Shown: in pieces, positions 18,787-28,614 of the stretch
Layout: every line of letters starts with the position of its first letter
Position numbering within the stretch: the first letter of the stretch is position 1
From: an uncultured Bacteriovorax sp.
GTDB lineage: Bacteria > Bdellovibrionota > Bacteriovoracia > Bacteriovoracales > Bacteriovoracaceae
Reading direction: 5' to 3'
NCBI GenBank assembly: GCA_964459395.1
Contig: CAYWMU010000001.1
Coordinates: forward strand, 1 to 55,879
Length of the DNA stretch: 55,879 nucleotides
Translations under genes and position numbers: made by a program
Notes under the pieces: model-generated
Databases searched by the model: none
The model's input: only the letters and a program-made list of their open reading frames with translations
Told to the model about the DNA's origin: nothing

Positions 18787-20793
18787 ATGGAAGCAACTAG
18801 GGAAATTATGTGGATGATTCCATCTTGGATGAAGGTATTAATGTACCTGAGTCTTGGTGTGGCCACTGCTTTTTTCGTACAAGGACTGTTACAAAAATAT
18901 CGGTACCTAACTAGCTTCGGGAAAAATATTAAAGATGTACTTCCTAAAGAGTTAAACTGGCGTAACTTTCTAAGAACAATCTTTTTCCAAGGTAAAGTGA
19001 AGAGAGATGTCTTTGTCGGAATCTTTCACTCAATGCTTTTCTATGGTTTCATAGTTCTTTTTATTGCGACCGAGTTAGTAGCGATTCATGCAGATACTCC
19101 TTTTAAAATCTATAAAGGGACAACTTATATCGTTATATCTTTCCTAGCCGATTTCGGAGGACTTTTTGTTTTCCTTGGTGTGCTGATGGCCTATTACCGT
19201 CGCTACGTCGTCAAACCAAAATATCTTTCTGCCACTAAACCAAATCAAGAAAAGTTCATGTACGCAATGATCATGGCCCTAGTGGTAATCGGTTTTGTTC
19301 TTGAAGCAATTCGTATTTGGGCGACAGGCATGCCAGAAGGTGAAAAACTTTGGTCACCAATTGGTTATGGGTTGGCCTATATCGTAGGGCTCATTAATCC
19401 ATCTGAAAATGCTATGAGACTTACTTATCAGTCTTTATGGCTTGGACATATGCTTAATACGATGTTCTTTGTTGCTTCTCTTACTCACTCAAAGTTTTTC
19501 CACATCGTTATTTTACCTCTTAATGCACTACTCACTCCTTACCGTCGTGGTGCTGTTTTAGAACCGATGAATTTTGAAGATGAGAATGCCGAGACTTTCG
19601 GACTAGGGAAACTTTCAGAACTTACCATGAAAGAAAAGATCGATACTCTTGCTTGTGTTGAGTGTGGACGTTGTACTCAAGTTTGTCCTGCTAACCTTGC
19701 CGGTAAGCCTCTTGATCCTAAAACTATCATTACTAAGATGAGAGACTTCGCTGATCCTAATCAAAAAAACATCACAGAAGATAAAGACATCTGGGGTGAA
19801 ACTCCTCTTTATGGTTCAAGTGAACTTGACTCTTGTACAACTTGCGGCGCTTGTATGGAAGAGTGTCCGGCCAATATTGAGCACGTTCAAGTGATTATGG
19901 ATCTTAAACGCTATAAGGCCCTCACTCTTGGAGATCTTCCTCCTGCTGCAGGAGATGCTACTAACAAAATTAAAAATAACGGGAACCCATGGGGAATCAC
20001 TCAAGATGATCGCTTTAAGTGGGCAGATGGTCTTGATGTTCCAGTAATCGAAGCTGGTAAAAAAGTGGATTATCTCTACTATGTAGGTTGTGCTGGTTCT
20101 TACGATGCTTCTAACCAAAAAGTTGTTCAAGATACAGTGAAGCTTCTCACTAAAGCAGGAGTTAGCTTTGCAGTGATGGGGAAAACTGAGAAGTGTAACG
20201 GAGACCCGATCCGTCGTTTCGGTGATGAGTATTCATTCTATGAAGTGGCCATTGAAAACATCGCCAATATGAGACAGTACACTTTTGATAAAGTCGTCAC
20301 TCACTGTCCACATTGCTTACACACTATTGGTAAGGAATACGCAAAGTTTGATGACGGTGAGTTTGAAACAGTTCACCACACAGAACTTCTTTCTGAACTT
20401 CTGCGTTCAGGGAAACTTAAAACTCTTAAAGAAGTTAAAGAAGAGCTTACTTTCCACGATCCATGTTACCTTGGACGTCACCATGGTGAGTACAATGCCC
20501 CTCGTGACATTCTAACTGCCATCCCGGGCGTTAAGCTCAAGGAAATGGAGAAGAATAAAGACAAGGCCCTTTGCTGTGGAATGGGTGGCGGAAACATGTG
20601 GTATGAGCTTCCAGAAGGTCAGCATCTCGCCCTTAATAGGCTTGAGCAAATCGGAGAAACTCAAACACCAAAACTTGCAACATCATGTTCTTATTGTATG
20701 ATTAACTTTAACTCCTCTAAAGGAACTGTTAAATCAACTGAGGAACTACAAGTTGAAGATGTTGCCTCGATTCTCGCTAAGTCAGTACTCTAA
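18787..20793 (+). CDS. Membrane Fe-S oxidoreductase, FadF/HdrD-like (NarI-like TM domain, 2x[4Fe-4S], CCG domains)
   Basis: CVECGRCTQVCP, CTTCGACMEECP, YVGC, HCPHC, HDPCYLGR, CCGMGGG; His-bearing TM helices; SD AAGGAGG. Confidence 0.88.
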   Translation: MEATREIMWMIPSWMKVLMYLSLGVATAFFVQGLLQKYRYLTSFGKNIKDVLPKELNWRNFLRTIFFQGKVKRDVFVGIFHSMLFYGFIVLFIATELVAIHADTPFKIYKGTTYIVISFLADFGGLFVFLGVLMAYYRRYVVKPKYLSATKPNQEKFMYAMIMALVVIGFVLEAIRIWATGMPEGEKLWSPIGYGLAYIVGLINPSENAMRLTYQSLWLGHMLNTMFFVASLTHSKFFHIVILPLNALLTPYRRGAVLEPMNFEDENAETFGLGKLSELTMKEKIDTLACVECGRCTQVCPANLAGKPLDPKTIITKMRDFADPNQKNITEDKDIWGETPLYGSSELDSCTTCGACMEECPANIEHVQVIMDLKRYKALTLGDLPPAAGDATNKIKNNGNPWGITQDDRFKWADGLDVPVIEAGKKVDYLYYVGCAGSYDASNQKVVQDTVKLLTKAGVSFAVMGKTEKCNGDPIRRFGDEYSFYEVAIENIANMRQYTFDKVVTHCPHCLHTIGKEYAKFDDGEFETVHHTELLSELLRSGKLKTLKEVKEELTFHDPCYLGRHHGEYNAPRDILTAIPGVKLKEMEKNKDKALCCGMGGGNMWYELPEGQHLALNRLEQIGETQTPKLATSCSYCMINFNSSKGTVKSTEELQVEDVASILAKSVL

Positions 20794-22684
20794 ATCTATC
20801 TTAGGCATGGCCCTTTGGGGGTCATGCCTATTTTCCTTTGCTCAAACTCCACCACTACAGACACCAGAAAAAACAGATTATCCAGGGATGATTGAAACCT
20901 TTGAGAAAATCATTGGAGTCGATCAGACAAAGCTTTCCCGAAAGATTGAAACTCTTCTTAAAGAGCAAAAGCCTTTCAATGAAAAAGTTGCTCAGAATAT
21001 CAGAATGGACACAGACTTTTTAAACTCAGTTATTCTCCATTCAAATCCTGGTTATATCAAATTGGCCTCTGGTGATAAGTGTCGTTTCTACAGTACCCTT
21101 ATTACAGACCTTCTTAGAACTGCCGAAGGTAAAGTAAAAAATATTCTTATTAGCTATACCGATGCTGAAGATAAACTTTATTCAGCTGTTCTGAACAAAC
21201 GCGACTTCTTGAACAAAGTTGTTCTCAATGAATGTCCTACTATTGCAAAACATTTAAGTGATTTTGAAATTAAGAATCTTGATAAAACTATCGAGAAAAT
21301 TCTCTTTGAAGTTCCTTCTAGTAAAGATCATTGCGCAAACATCCACCTTGGGTGGCAAGTTAATCCACAGACGCCTTTCTTATGCCAAATCAGAGACTAT
21401 ATTGAAGAAGCTAAACGTGGAGAAGGAGATCCCAAGGATCTTACTCAGCGCCGGCAACTTTCTCGAGTTCTCGATGGAAAATTTAATATCGTTCAAAAAG
21501 ATTACTTAGAAAACCTCTGCAAAAACCTTGATGAAAAGGAACTTTTCTGTGGTGAGTTTTTGAATGTCTCCTTTTGGAACAAGATTGCCTCAGGCCTAAC
21601 TAATAAAATCTATCTCGATGAAATTTGTAAGAATGCTCTTGGTACTCAAACCCTTAGCAACCTTCAGTACAAGGAATGCTTATCAAGATTAAAAAGAGAA
21701 AATGATCTCTGTCTTTACAATCCTGATATCAGTGAAGGCCTCACTCCGCATATGCAGTGTGATTACCTTTCACTCGCTTTAAATCACTCCCGTCTTCGAT
21801 CTGATTATGCTGACTGTCCAGGTCTTTCAGCAAACCAAATTTTTAATAATACTTCTCGCCTACTTTTAGAGTTTAGCGGTGATAAGATAAAAAATCACAT
21901 TGGCCAATGTTCAGTCATCCCTACTGCAGAAACTTTATTATTTAACCAGTCTGCTGATAATGATGAAGCCTGGAAACTTGAAGCCTGTTATTTTGACAAA
22001 ATTAAAGAAAGAGATGTTTGTCAGAAAACTTTCTTCGGTAATTATGCCAATCACCCTTATTCTTATACAAATATTGTGGCCCAAGCACTTATTAATACCC
22101 GAGGAGCTGCTCAGAGAACGACTTGTTCAATGGTAGATGAATCGACCTACAATCCACTTCTTTTAGAATATAAAAGTGGATGTCATATTATTTATAATCA
22201 AGAAAACTGCACTCCGACTAATTGTCCAAATAAAATTGTTTTCAATGACAGACCTTTTGATCTTATGAAGATCAAGGGCGGAGTTGAATTTGAGTATTAT
22301 CCACTCTCTCTTCGATCGGAAAGAACGGCGCAGACTTATCTTTTTGAGCATAATCTCAAAAAGAAGCCTATTAACATTTTAAATACCACAATGGTTAAAT
22401 CTTATTTTAAGAGAGCGAAGAATCCTCTTCTGCATGGAATTGGTTGTGCGGAAAATCTTCTTCCTACTTTTTTCAGAACGCAGTCATTAAGACAGTGTAG
22501 TCCACTACCATTTATTATTGATGGAATGATCGAGGATAAGGATCGTTTTAGTTTTACCATCAGAACAGCGATCGATTCATTGCAGGCCCCACGTATTATG
22601 AGTTGGAGCCAGGTTTACTCTGGTGTGAAGTCTTATCAAGAGTCCCACCCATTAAAAATTTGGACACTTCATGCTATTGATTAA
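20753..22684 (+). CDS. Hypothetical Cys-rich secreted protein
   Basis: 643-codon ORF, TTG start with GAGGA 8 nt upstream, signal-like segment ending SFA, 21 Cys, no CxxCH. Confidence 0.75.
   Translation: MKMLPRFSLSQYSKSILGMALWGSCLFSFAQTPPLQTPEKTDYPGMIETFEKIIGVDQTKLSRKIETLLKEQKPFNEKVAQNIRMDTDFLNSVILHSNPGYIKLASGDKCRFYSTLITDLLRTAEGKVKNILISYTDAEDKLYSAVLNKRDFLNKVVLNECPTIAKHLSDFEIKNLDKTIEKILFEVPSSKDHCANIHLGWQVNPQTPFLCQIRDYIEEAKRGEGDPKDLTQRRQLSRVLDGKFNIVQKDYLENLCKNLDEKELFCGEFLNVSFWNKIASGLTNKIYLDEICKNALGTQTLSNLQYKECLSRLKRENDLCLYNPDISEGLTPHMQCDYLSLALNHSRLRSDYADCPGLSANQIFNNTSRLLLEFSGDKIKNHIGQCSVIPTAETLLFNQSADNDEAWKLEACYFDKIKERDVCQKTFFGNYANHPYSYTNIVAQALINTRGAAQRTTCSMVDESTYNPLLLEYKSGCHIIYNQENCTPTNCPNKIVFNDRPFDLMKIKGGVEFEYYPLSLRSERTAQTYLFEHNLKKKPINILNTTMVKSYFKRAKNPLLHGIGCAENLLPTFFRTQSLRQCSPLPFIIDGMIEDKDRFSFTIRTAIDSLQAPRIMSWSQVYSGVKSYQESHPLKIWTLHAID
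20802..20839 (+). terminator. Intrinsic terminator after the Fe-S oxidoreductase, lying inside the next CDS
   Basis: TAGGCATGGCCC-TTTGG-GGGTCATGCCTA then TTTTCCTTT, starting 9 nt after the stop at 20793. Confidence 0.65.
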
Positions 22685-23711
22685 TTTACTTCTCCTTAGT
22701 TCATTAAGTTATGCTCAGACGCTTCCGCAGCTTCTTACTAAGCATGCACCGGAAACTCTTCGTTATATTTCTACTGACGGAAATACTTCTTACGTTAAGA
22801 AGAATAATGGAGTCCTAGGGCTCGTAGTGGGATATCGTAGTTCAGATTTTTTATCTGATAAAACCTATAGCGATTTTCTTATCACCGACTCTCCAGATAA
22901 AGTTCGCATCGCTATTGAGGTTATTCCAGAACATCATCGTGAACTCAACATTAATAAGTTACATCAAATTTTTGTCACAAGACTTGGTCAGGACAAGCCC
23001 ACTGAAGTTGGTAAAGGTCGCTACCCTCAACTCCATTTGGGTGATGAGTGGATAAGTTACTACAGACCAGATCTGCGACAAATCATATTAAAAAATATTA
23101 TTACTGCTAAAGAATACAAAATCACTCTTAATAAGAAGTCTAATCCTTTCTTCTTTCCTTTTTATGCCATGAGTTCCGCTTCTCATTTTGTTTATTCTGA
23201 TATCAATAATAAAGGATTTGCTCAGCTCAATGTTTTTGATCTAAGCACTAATAAAGCTCAAACTTTACTTAGGGCCGATCAACCAGGAACTTTCTTTGAA
23301 ATATGTCAGGATAAGGATTACTTTGCCGTTGGTGAGTTTCCATATGAAGGTGTTCAAAGAGGGAGTCGAATTTTACACTACCCTAAACGTGGCACAAAAC
23401 CGAGTGGCTACACAACACTTTATTCTTCAAGAGATGCGGATCAAGGAAGTATGGTCTGTATGAAAGACTATCTTTACTTTGTGAAGACCACTAATTTTGA
23501 TTCGACACTCATTTCAAAAAAAACCGAAGCGGCAAAAATCTCTTTGGCCAATTCTAAACTTGAGATTAAATCGAATCTTGAAAATGTCTCTCAAATCATT
23601 CGTATGGATGACAGAGTTCTCCTTCCTTTTCGTGAAAATCTTTATGTTCTAGAAGGAAATAGTAATATTGAAGAAGATGTACTCCAAGGAAGGCCAGATG
23701 CGGGAGAATAA
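22671..23711 (+). CDS. Hypothetical secreted protein, possibly a beta-propeller
   Basis: Signal peptide ending SYA; short beta-strand repeats (YISTDGN, SPDKVRIAI); overlaps both neighbours. Confidence 0.7.
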   Translation: MLLINLLLLSSLSYAQTLPQLLTKHAPETLRYISTDGNTSYVKKNNGVLGLVVGYRSSDFLSDKTYSDFLITDSPDKVRIAIEVIPEHHRELNINKLHQIFVTRLGQDKPTEVGKGRYPQLHLGDEWISYYRPDLRQIILKNIITAKEYKITLNKKSNPFFFPFYAMSSASHFVYSDINNKGFAQLNVFDLSTNKAQTLLRADQPGTFFEICQDKDYFAVGEFPYEGVQRGSRILHYPKRGTKPSGYTTLYSSRDADQGSMVCMKDYLYFVKTTNFDSTLISKKTEAAKISLANSKLEIKSNLENVSQIIRMDDRVLLPFRENLYVLEGNSNIEEDVLQGRPDAGE

Positions 23712-24564
23712 AATCTTCATTGTTTTTCTTTGCTTATTCTCATTAAAAGCTTCTGCTTTCAATAAAGACTTCACTATTATCAGTGATAAAACTCCCTATG
23801 AGTTTAACATTATGTTCAACTCTATGAAAGGCCAAGTCAAAGAACTCAATGACCAAATTAAACTTGTTGGTATTAGTGAGGATCTTAATCGCAACCTTGG
23901 ATTCCTTGAGAAAGAACATATTTTTCTACTTTTAAAATCCGAAGTTACCAAAAGTGTTCTGGAATATCGGTTTGAAAAAACCCGCCAGTTTGATATCACC
24001 CTAAGCCTTATTCAAAGATTAGAGAGTCGTTTTGAAGATCAACAGCGATATTTAACTGATTTTAGTAAATGGATTTGGCGCTCTTTGATTGCTGAACTTA
24101 AACATCGTCAAAAGTTAGGACTCATAACACAGAGTTCTTTTAACCCAACTCTCTTTTCTGGAGAAAAGAAAGCTCAGGCACTGCGATTCCAGAAGTATCT
24201 TCACTACCTCATGCCTTGGATTGACCAGATGGATAACCTTGATCACCAACGCTTCAACGAGCTTTCTTTGAAAGTTTCCTGGGAGGTTTTACGAAAGATC
24301 AATGATAGGTCTCTTCTTTTTAAAAATATGAGTTATGCACAGGCTTCTGAGTCCACTCAACTTTTTAATATCCCTGAGAAACTTCAAAATCTCACCCCTG
24401 ATAAAGTTAAAGAGCTTCAGTTCTTAGATCAAAATAAAAGCCTTCGAGAGAAGGCCCTAGAAGAGAAGACCAAGGCCACAGATCAGATCAATCAGATTGA
24501 GGCCAACGACCTTTCTCCCTTGAGTGATGAAATTTCTAAAGAACTGGAAAACCAGAGCGAATAA
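23698..24564 (+). CDS. Hypothetical secreted helical protein
   Basis: ATG 23698 with SD AAGGAAGG; signal peptide MRENKIFIVFLCLFSLKASA. Confidence 0.7.
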   Translation: MRENKIFIVFLCLFSLKASAFNKDFTIISDKTPYEFNIMFNSMKGQVKELNDQIKLVGISEDLNRNLGFLEKEHIFLLLKSEVTKSVLEYRFEKTRQFDITLSLIQRLESRFEDQQRYLTDFSKWIWRSLIAELKHRQKLGLITQSSFNPTLFSGEKKAQALRFQKYLHYLMPWIDQMDNLDHQRFNELSLKVSWEVLRKINDRSLLFKNMSYAQASESTQLFNIPEKLQNLTPDKVKELQFLDQNKSLREKALEEKTKATDQINQIEANDLSPLSDEISKELENQSE

Positions 24565-24655
24565 CACACAGCGCACTTTTCATTCTTAATACCCTTTTTA
24601 GAGTCATTTAGCTATAATGGGCAAGCCGTCAGTTACTCTCAAAGGATATAAAATA

Positions 24656-25945
24656 ATGGCCACCCTTTCCAAAACTCCTTATCGCGGAACTCGAGACTTT
24701 TTCCCACATGATATGAGATTGAGAAATCATATTTTTACCAAGATGTCGGAAGTCTCTGAGATATATTCTTATGAGCCCTATGATGGCCCACTTCTCGAAG
24801 AAGTTGCTCTCTATCTTGCAAAGTCTGGTGAAGAGCTTATTAACGAACAAATCTATTCTTTTATGGACCGCGGAGAAAGGCATGTCGCTATTCGACCGGA
24901 AATGACTCCAACCGTGGCACGGATGGTGGCGCAAATCCATCGTGAAGTTCCCAAGCCCATTCGTTGGTACGCTATTCCAAATCTCATGCGCTATGAAAAA
25001 CCTCAGAAGGGTCGCCTCAGAGAATTCTGGCAGTACAATGCAGATATTTTCGGAGCCGGAATTCATGGAGAAGTTGAGATCATTCAATTGTGTGTGGCCA
25101 TCCTTCAAAGCTTTGGTGCCAATCATTCTCATTTTGCCATTCACTTAAATGATCGTCGTATTGTTGATCTTATTTTTAAGGACTTTATAAAACTTGATAA
25201 TGAAGCTACTCATAAACTCTATAAGTTAGTAGATCGAAAGAATAAAATGGAGCCTGCTAAGTTCAGTGCAGAAGTGTTAACGATCACTCAAGACGAAACA
25301 AAGGCCCGCTTGTTTGAACAATACGCTAACCTTAGTACAGTAGAAGCATTAAAAGAGTTTATTTCAACTCATACTGAGGCCAATCATGACTTCTTTAAGT
25401 TTTATGAAAATTTAAAAAACTTGGGTCTTAGTGAATACCTTGTTTATGATCCTTCAGTTGTTCGAGGATTAGATTACTATACAGGAATTGTTTTTGAGAT
25501 TTTTGACAAACACCCTGATAATCGACGTGCCATTGCTGGAGGCGGAGCTTATGCAAACCTTCTCCAGATTTTCAATGAACAGCCTCTTGAAGGAGTTGGT
25601 GTTGGACTAGGTGAAGTTCCATTAACAGAATTTTTAAAGGCGCACAATCTTCTTCCTGATGTCGCAAAAGCACATATCCATTACCTCGTAAGCTACATGG
25701 ATGAAGAAGCAGAATCATTTGCAACGAAGCTTGCCTATGACCTGAGAAGTAAAGGAAAGAAAACAGAACTTCTTTTCGGCACGAATAAACCTAAAAAAGT
25801 TTTTTCTTATAGTGACAAGAAAGACACCGAGTTCGTGATCATTATCGGAAAAAATGAAATGGAAAATAACTCGTTCAAAGTTAAAAACTTAAAAACGAAA
25901 GAAGAAACAAGCTATAGTTACAACGAATTTATAAGTTCACTTTAA
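24656..25945 (+). CDS. hisS: Histidine--tRNA ligase
   Basis: RGTRDF, RPEMT, RYEKPQKGRLREFWQ, VRGLDYYTG, GGG.Y. Start moved to ATG 24656 (SD AAGGA; TATAAT at 24613). Confidence 0.97.
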   Translation: MATLSKTPYRGTRDFFPHDMRLRNHIFTKMSEVSEIYSYEPYDGPLLEEVALYLAKSGEELINEQIYSFMDRGERHVAIRPEMTPTVARMVAQIHREVPKPIRWYAIPNLMRYEKPQKGRLREFWQYNADIFGAGIHGEVEIIQLCVAILQSFGANHSHFAIHLNDRRIVDLIFKDFIKLDNEATHKLYKLVDRKNKMEPAKFSAEVLTITQDETKARLFEQYANLSTVEALKEFISTHTEANHDFFKFYENLKNLGLSEYLVYDPSVVRGLDYYTGIVFEIFDKHPDNRRAIAGGGAYANLLQIFNEQPLEGVGVGLGEVPLTEFLKAHNLLPDVAKAHIHYLVSYMDEEAESFATKLAYDLRSKGKKTELLFGTNKPKKVFSYSDKKDTEFVIIIGKNEMENNSFKVKNLKTKEETSYSYNEFISSL

Positions 25946-25953
25946 GGAAACAC

Positions 25954-28614
25954 ATGGAAATTCAAAATAATCTTCCTACCACTTTTGAGCCTACTGATAT
26001 CCAGAATAAATGGTATGAGGCCTGGCTAAACAATCAAAGCTTCAAACCTAAGAAAGGTAAGCAAAATAAAACCTTCACCATTATGATGCCACCACCGAAC
26101 GTCACCGGTAAGCTTCACATGGGACATGCCCTGGATGCAACAACTCAAGATGCTCTCGTCCGTTATAAAAGAATGAAGGGATTTGAAACGCTTTGGATTC
26201 CAGGAACTGATCACGCCGGAATTTCCACTCAAGCAGTTGTTGAAAAGCTTCTTTGGAAAGAAGAAAAGAAAACGCGCCATGACCTAGGACGTGAAGAATT
26301 CTTAAAGAAAGTTTGGGAATGGAAGAACGAATACGGAAGTGAAATTGTTAATCAACAAAAGAAAATGGGTATCTCGTGTGATTGGGACTACTCTACTTTC
26401 ACTCTTGATGAAGTTCCAAATAAAGCTGTAAAAAAATTCTTTGTTATGCTTTATAACGAAGGCCTCATTTATCAAAGTGACTATATTGTTAACTGGGACC
26501 CTATCCTTCAATCAGCAATCTCTGATGCCGAAGTAGATCACAAAGACGTGAAAGGTTTCTTTTACGATGTTAAATACAAAGTTAAGGAAACTAGTGAGGA
26601 GATTATCATTGCCACCACTCGTCCGGAAACAATGTTTGCTGACACAGCAGTTGCAGTGAATCCTGATGATGAACGTTTCAATCACCTCATTGGTAAAACG
26701 GCCATTATCCCAATTTGTAATCGTGAAATTCCGATCATTGGTGATGAGCACGTGGATATCGAGAAAGGAACGGGTTGCTTAAAAGTAACTCCAGGACATG
26801 ACTTCAATGACTTTGAAATTGGTAAACGTCACAACCTTCCAATTATCAATATTCTCAACAAGGACGGCACATTCAATGAGAATGCTCCTGAGATTCAAGG
26901 GATGAAACCCAAAGAAGCACGGGCAAAAGTGGAAGAACTTCTGGGAGAACTTCTCGTTGGTAAAAAAGAGCACCTTCACCCAGTAGGCCATGGTGAACGC
27001 TCTGGTGAAATTGTAGAACCCATTGTTTCAAAGCAGTGGTTTGTTAATACAACTAAAATGGCCGAAGAATCCGTTCGTGCGGTTGAAGAGGGAGAGATGA
27101 AGTTCTTCCCTAAAGGCTGGGAGAACACTTACTTCTCATGGCTTAGAAATCCAAAAGACTGGTGTATTTCACGCCAACTTTGGTGGGGACATCAGATTCC
27201 AGTTTATTACTGTGATAACGAACACCAATGGGCGAGTGAAGAACATCCTGAAAGCTGTCCTCATTGTTCTTCAACTAACTTTACTCAAGATCCTGACGTA
27301 TTAGACACGTGGTTCTCTTCTGGTCTCTGGCCTCTATCGACTCTCGGTTGGCCTGATGAAGAGAAAATGAAAGAGCTTCGTTTTGATGATTTCTATCCTA
27401 ACTCTGTGCTTATCACAGGTTTTGATATCATCTTCTTCTGGGTTGCTCGTATGATGATGATGGGTCAAAAGGTAACTAATAAAGCTCCATTCAAAGATGT
27501 CTATATCCATGCTATCGTCCGCGACAAACAAGGTCGCAAAATGAGTAAGTCCCTTGGAAATGGAATTGACCCTATTGAGATGATCAATCAATACGGAGCA
27601 GATGCTATGCGCTTTACTCTAGCAGCTGGATCTGGCTATAACCGTGATCTTAACCTTGATCCTGAACGTATTGAAGGTTACAGAAACTTCGTTAATAAAC
27701 TTTGGAATGCTTTTCGCTTTATTCACCCATTCCTTGATAAAGCAAGTGATACGCTTCCTGTTAAATCAGAATGGCATCTTCATGATAAGTGGATTCTCGC
27801 AGAACTTAATGATGTTGCGAAGAAAATGAATGAATCACTTGATATCTATCGCTTCGATGATGCTAGTTCTACGATCTATCAGTTCGTCTATGAGAAGTTC
27901 TGCTCTTGGTACATTGAACTCTCAAAGAACATTCTTCATGGAAATGATGAGAAAGCGAAAGTTGTAAGAGCAACAATGCTTAAATATTGTTTCAAAAAGA
28001 TCGTTACCCTTCTTCACCCAATGACCCCATTTATCACCGAAGAGATCTGGTCTTATCTATCAGACAAAGATGTAGAGGGTTATCTGATTGATCAAGAGTA
28101 TGTGGAGTATGATCAAGAATTAGAAAATGATGAAGTTTTAGAAATGATGAACAAGTTCATTGATATAACTTCAGGTATTCGTAATATCCGTGCTTCAGTG
28201 AATCTTAAACCTAAAGACGAAGTTGATGTCCGCTTATTTACTGATGATAAGGATTTAGCGAAGTTCATTTATGAGTCTCGCCACTTTTTAAAAGACCTAG
28301 CTAACGTAAAGTCTGGAACTATACGTTCTAAGGAGACTGAGCGTCCTAAAAAGTCAGCTTCCTTTGCTACTCTCCATGCAGAAATCTTCCTTCCTCTTGA
28401 AGGGCTTATTGATATCAATGAGCAAATCGCCCGCATTAAAAAAGATATGGATAAAACGAAGAGTGATTTTCAGAAGAATGAAGCTAAGTTAAATAATCAA
28501 AACTTCATCCAAAATGCTAAACCGGAAGTTATTGCAGAAGTTAAAGAGAAAGCTGATCAACTCTACGAGAAGCTCAACTCTCTCAAGCTCATCTTAGAAA
28601 GTTTTGAAGATTAA
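25954..28614 (+). CDS. valS: Valine--tRNA ligase
   Basis: PPPNVTGKLHMGH, DHAGI.TQ, DWCISRQLWWGH, KMSKS, C-terminal coiled coil. Confidence 0.98.
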   Translation: MEIQNNLPTTFEPTDIQNKWYEAWLNNQSFKPKKGKQNKTFTIMMPPPNVTGKLHMGHALDATTQDALVRYKRMKGFETLWIPGTDHAGISTQAVVEKLLWKEEKKTRHDLGREEFLKKVWEWKNEYGSEIVNQQKKMGISCDWDYSTFTLDEVPNKAVKKFFVMLYNEGLIYQSDYIVNWDPILQSAISDAEVDHKDVKGFFYDVKYKVKETSEEIIIATTRPETMFADTAVAVNPDDERFNHLIGKTAIIPICNREIPIIGDEHVDIEKGTGCLKVTPGHDFNDFEIGKRHNLPIINILNKDGTFNENAPEIQGMKPKEARAKVEELLGELLVGKKEHLHPVGHGERSGEIVEPIVSKQWFVNTTKMAEESVRAVEEGEMKFFPKGWENTYFSWLRNPKDWCISRQLWWGHQIPVYYCDNEHQWASEEHPESCPHCSSTNFTQDPDVLDTWFSSGLWPLSTLGWPDEEKMKELRFDDFYPNSVLITGFDIIFFWVARMMMMGQKVTNKAPFKDVYIHAIVRDKQGRKMSKSLGNGIDPIEMINQYGADAMRFTLAAGSGYNRDLNLDPERIEGYRNFVNKLWNAFRFIHPFLDKASDTLPVKSEWHLHDKWILAELNDVAKKMNESLDIYRFDDASSTIYQFVYEKFCSWYIELSKNILHGNDEKAKVVRATMLKYCFKKIVTLLHPMTPFITEEIWSYLSDKDVEGYLIDQEYVEYDQELENDEVLEMMNKFIDITSGIRNIRASVNLKPKDEVDVRLFTDDKDLAKFIYESRHFLKDLANVKSGTIRSKETERPKKSASFATLHAEIFLPLEGLIDINEQIARIKKDMDKTKSDFQKNEAKLNNQNFIQNAKPEVIAEVKEKADQLYEKLNSLKLILESFED

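Noticed and set aside
20753-22684. Multiheme cytochrome interpretation of the Cys-rich protein
   Set aside because: No CxxCH motifs.
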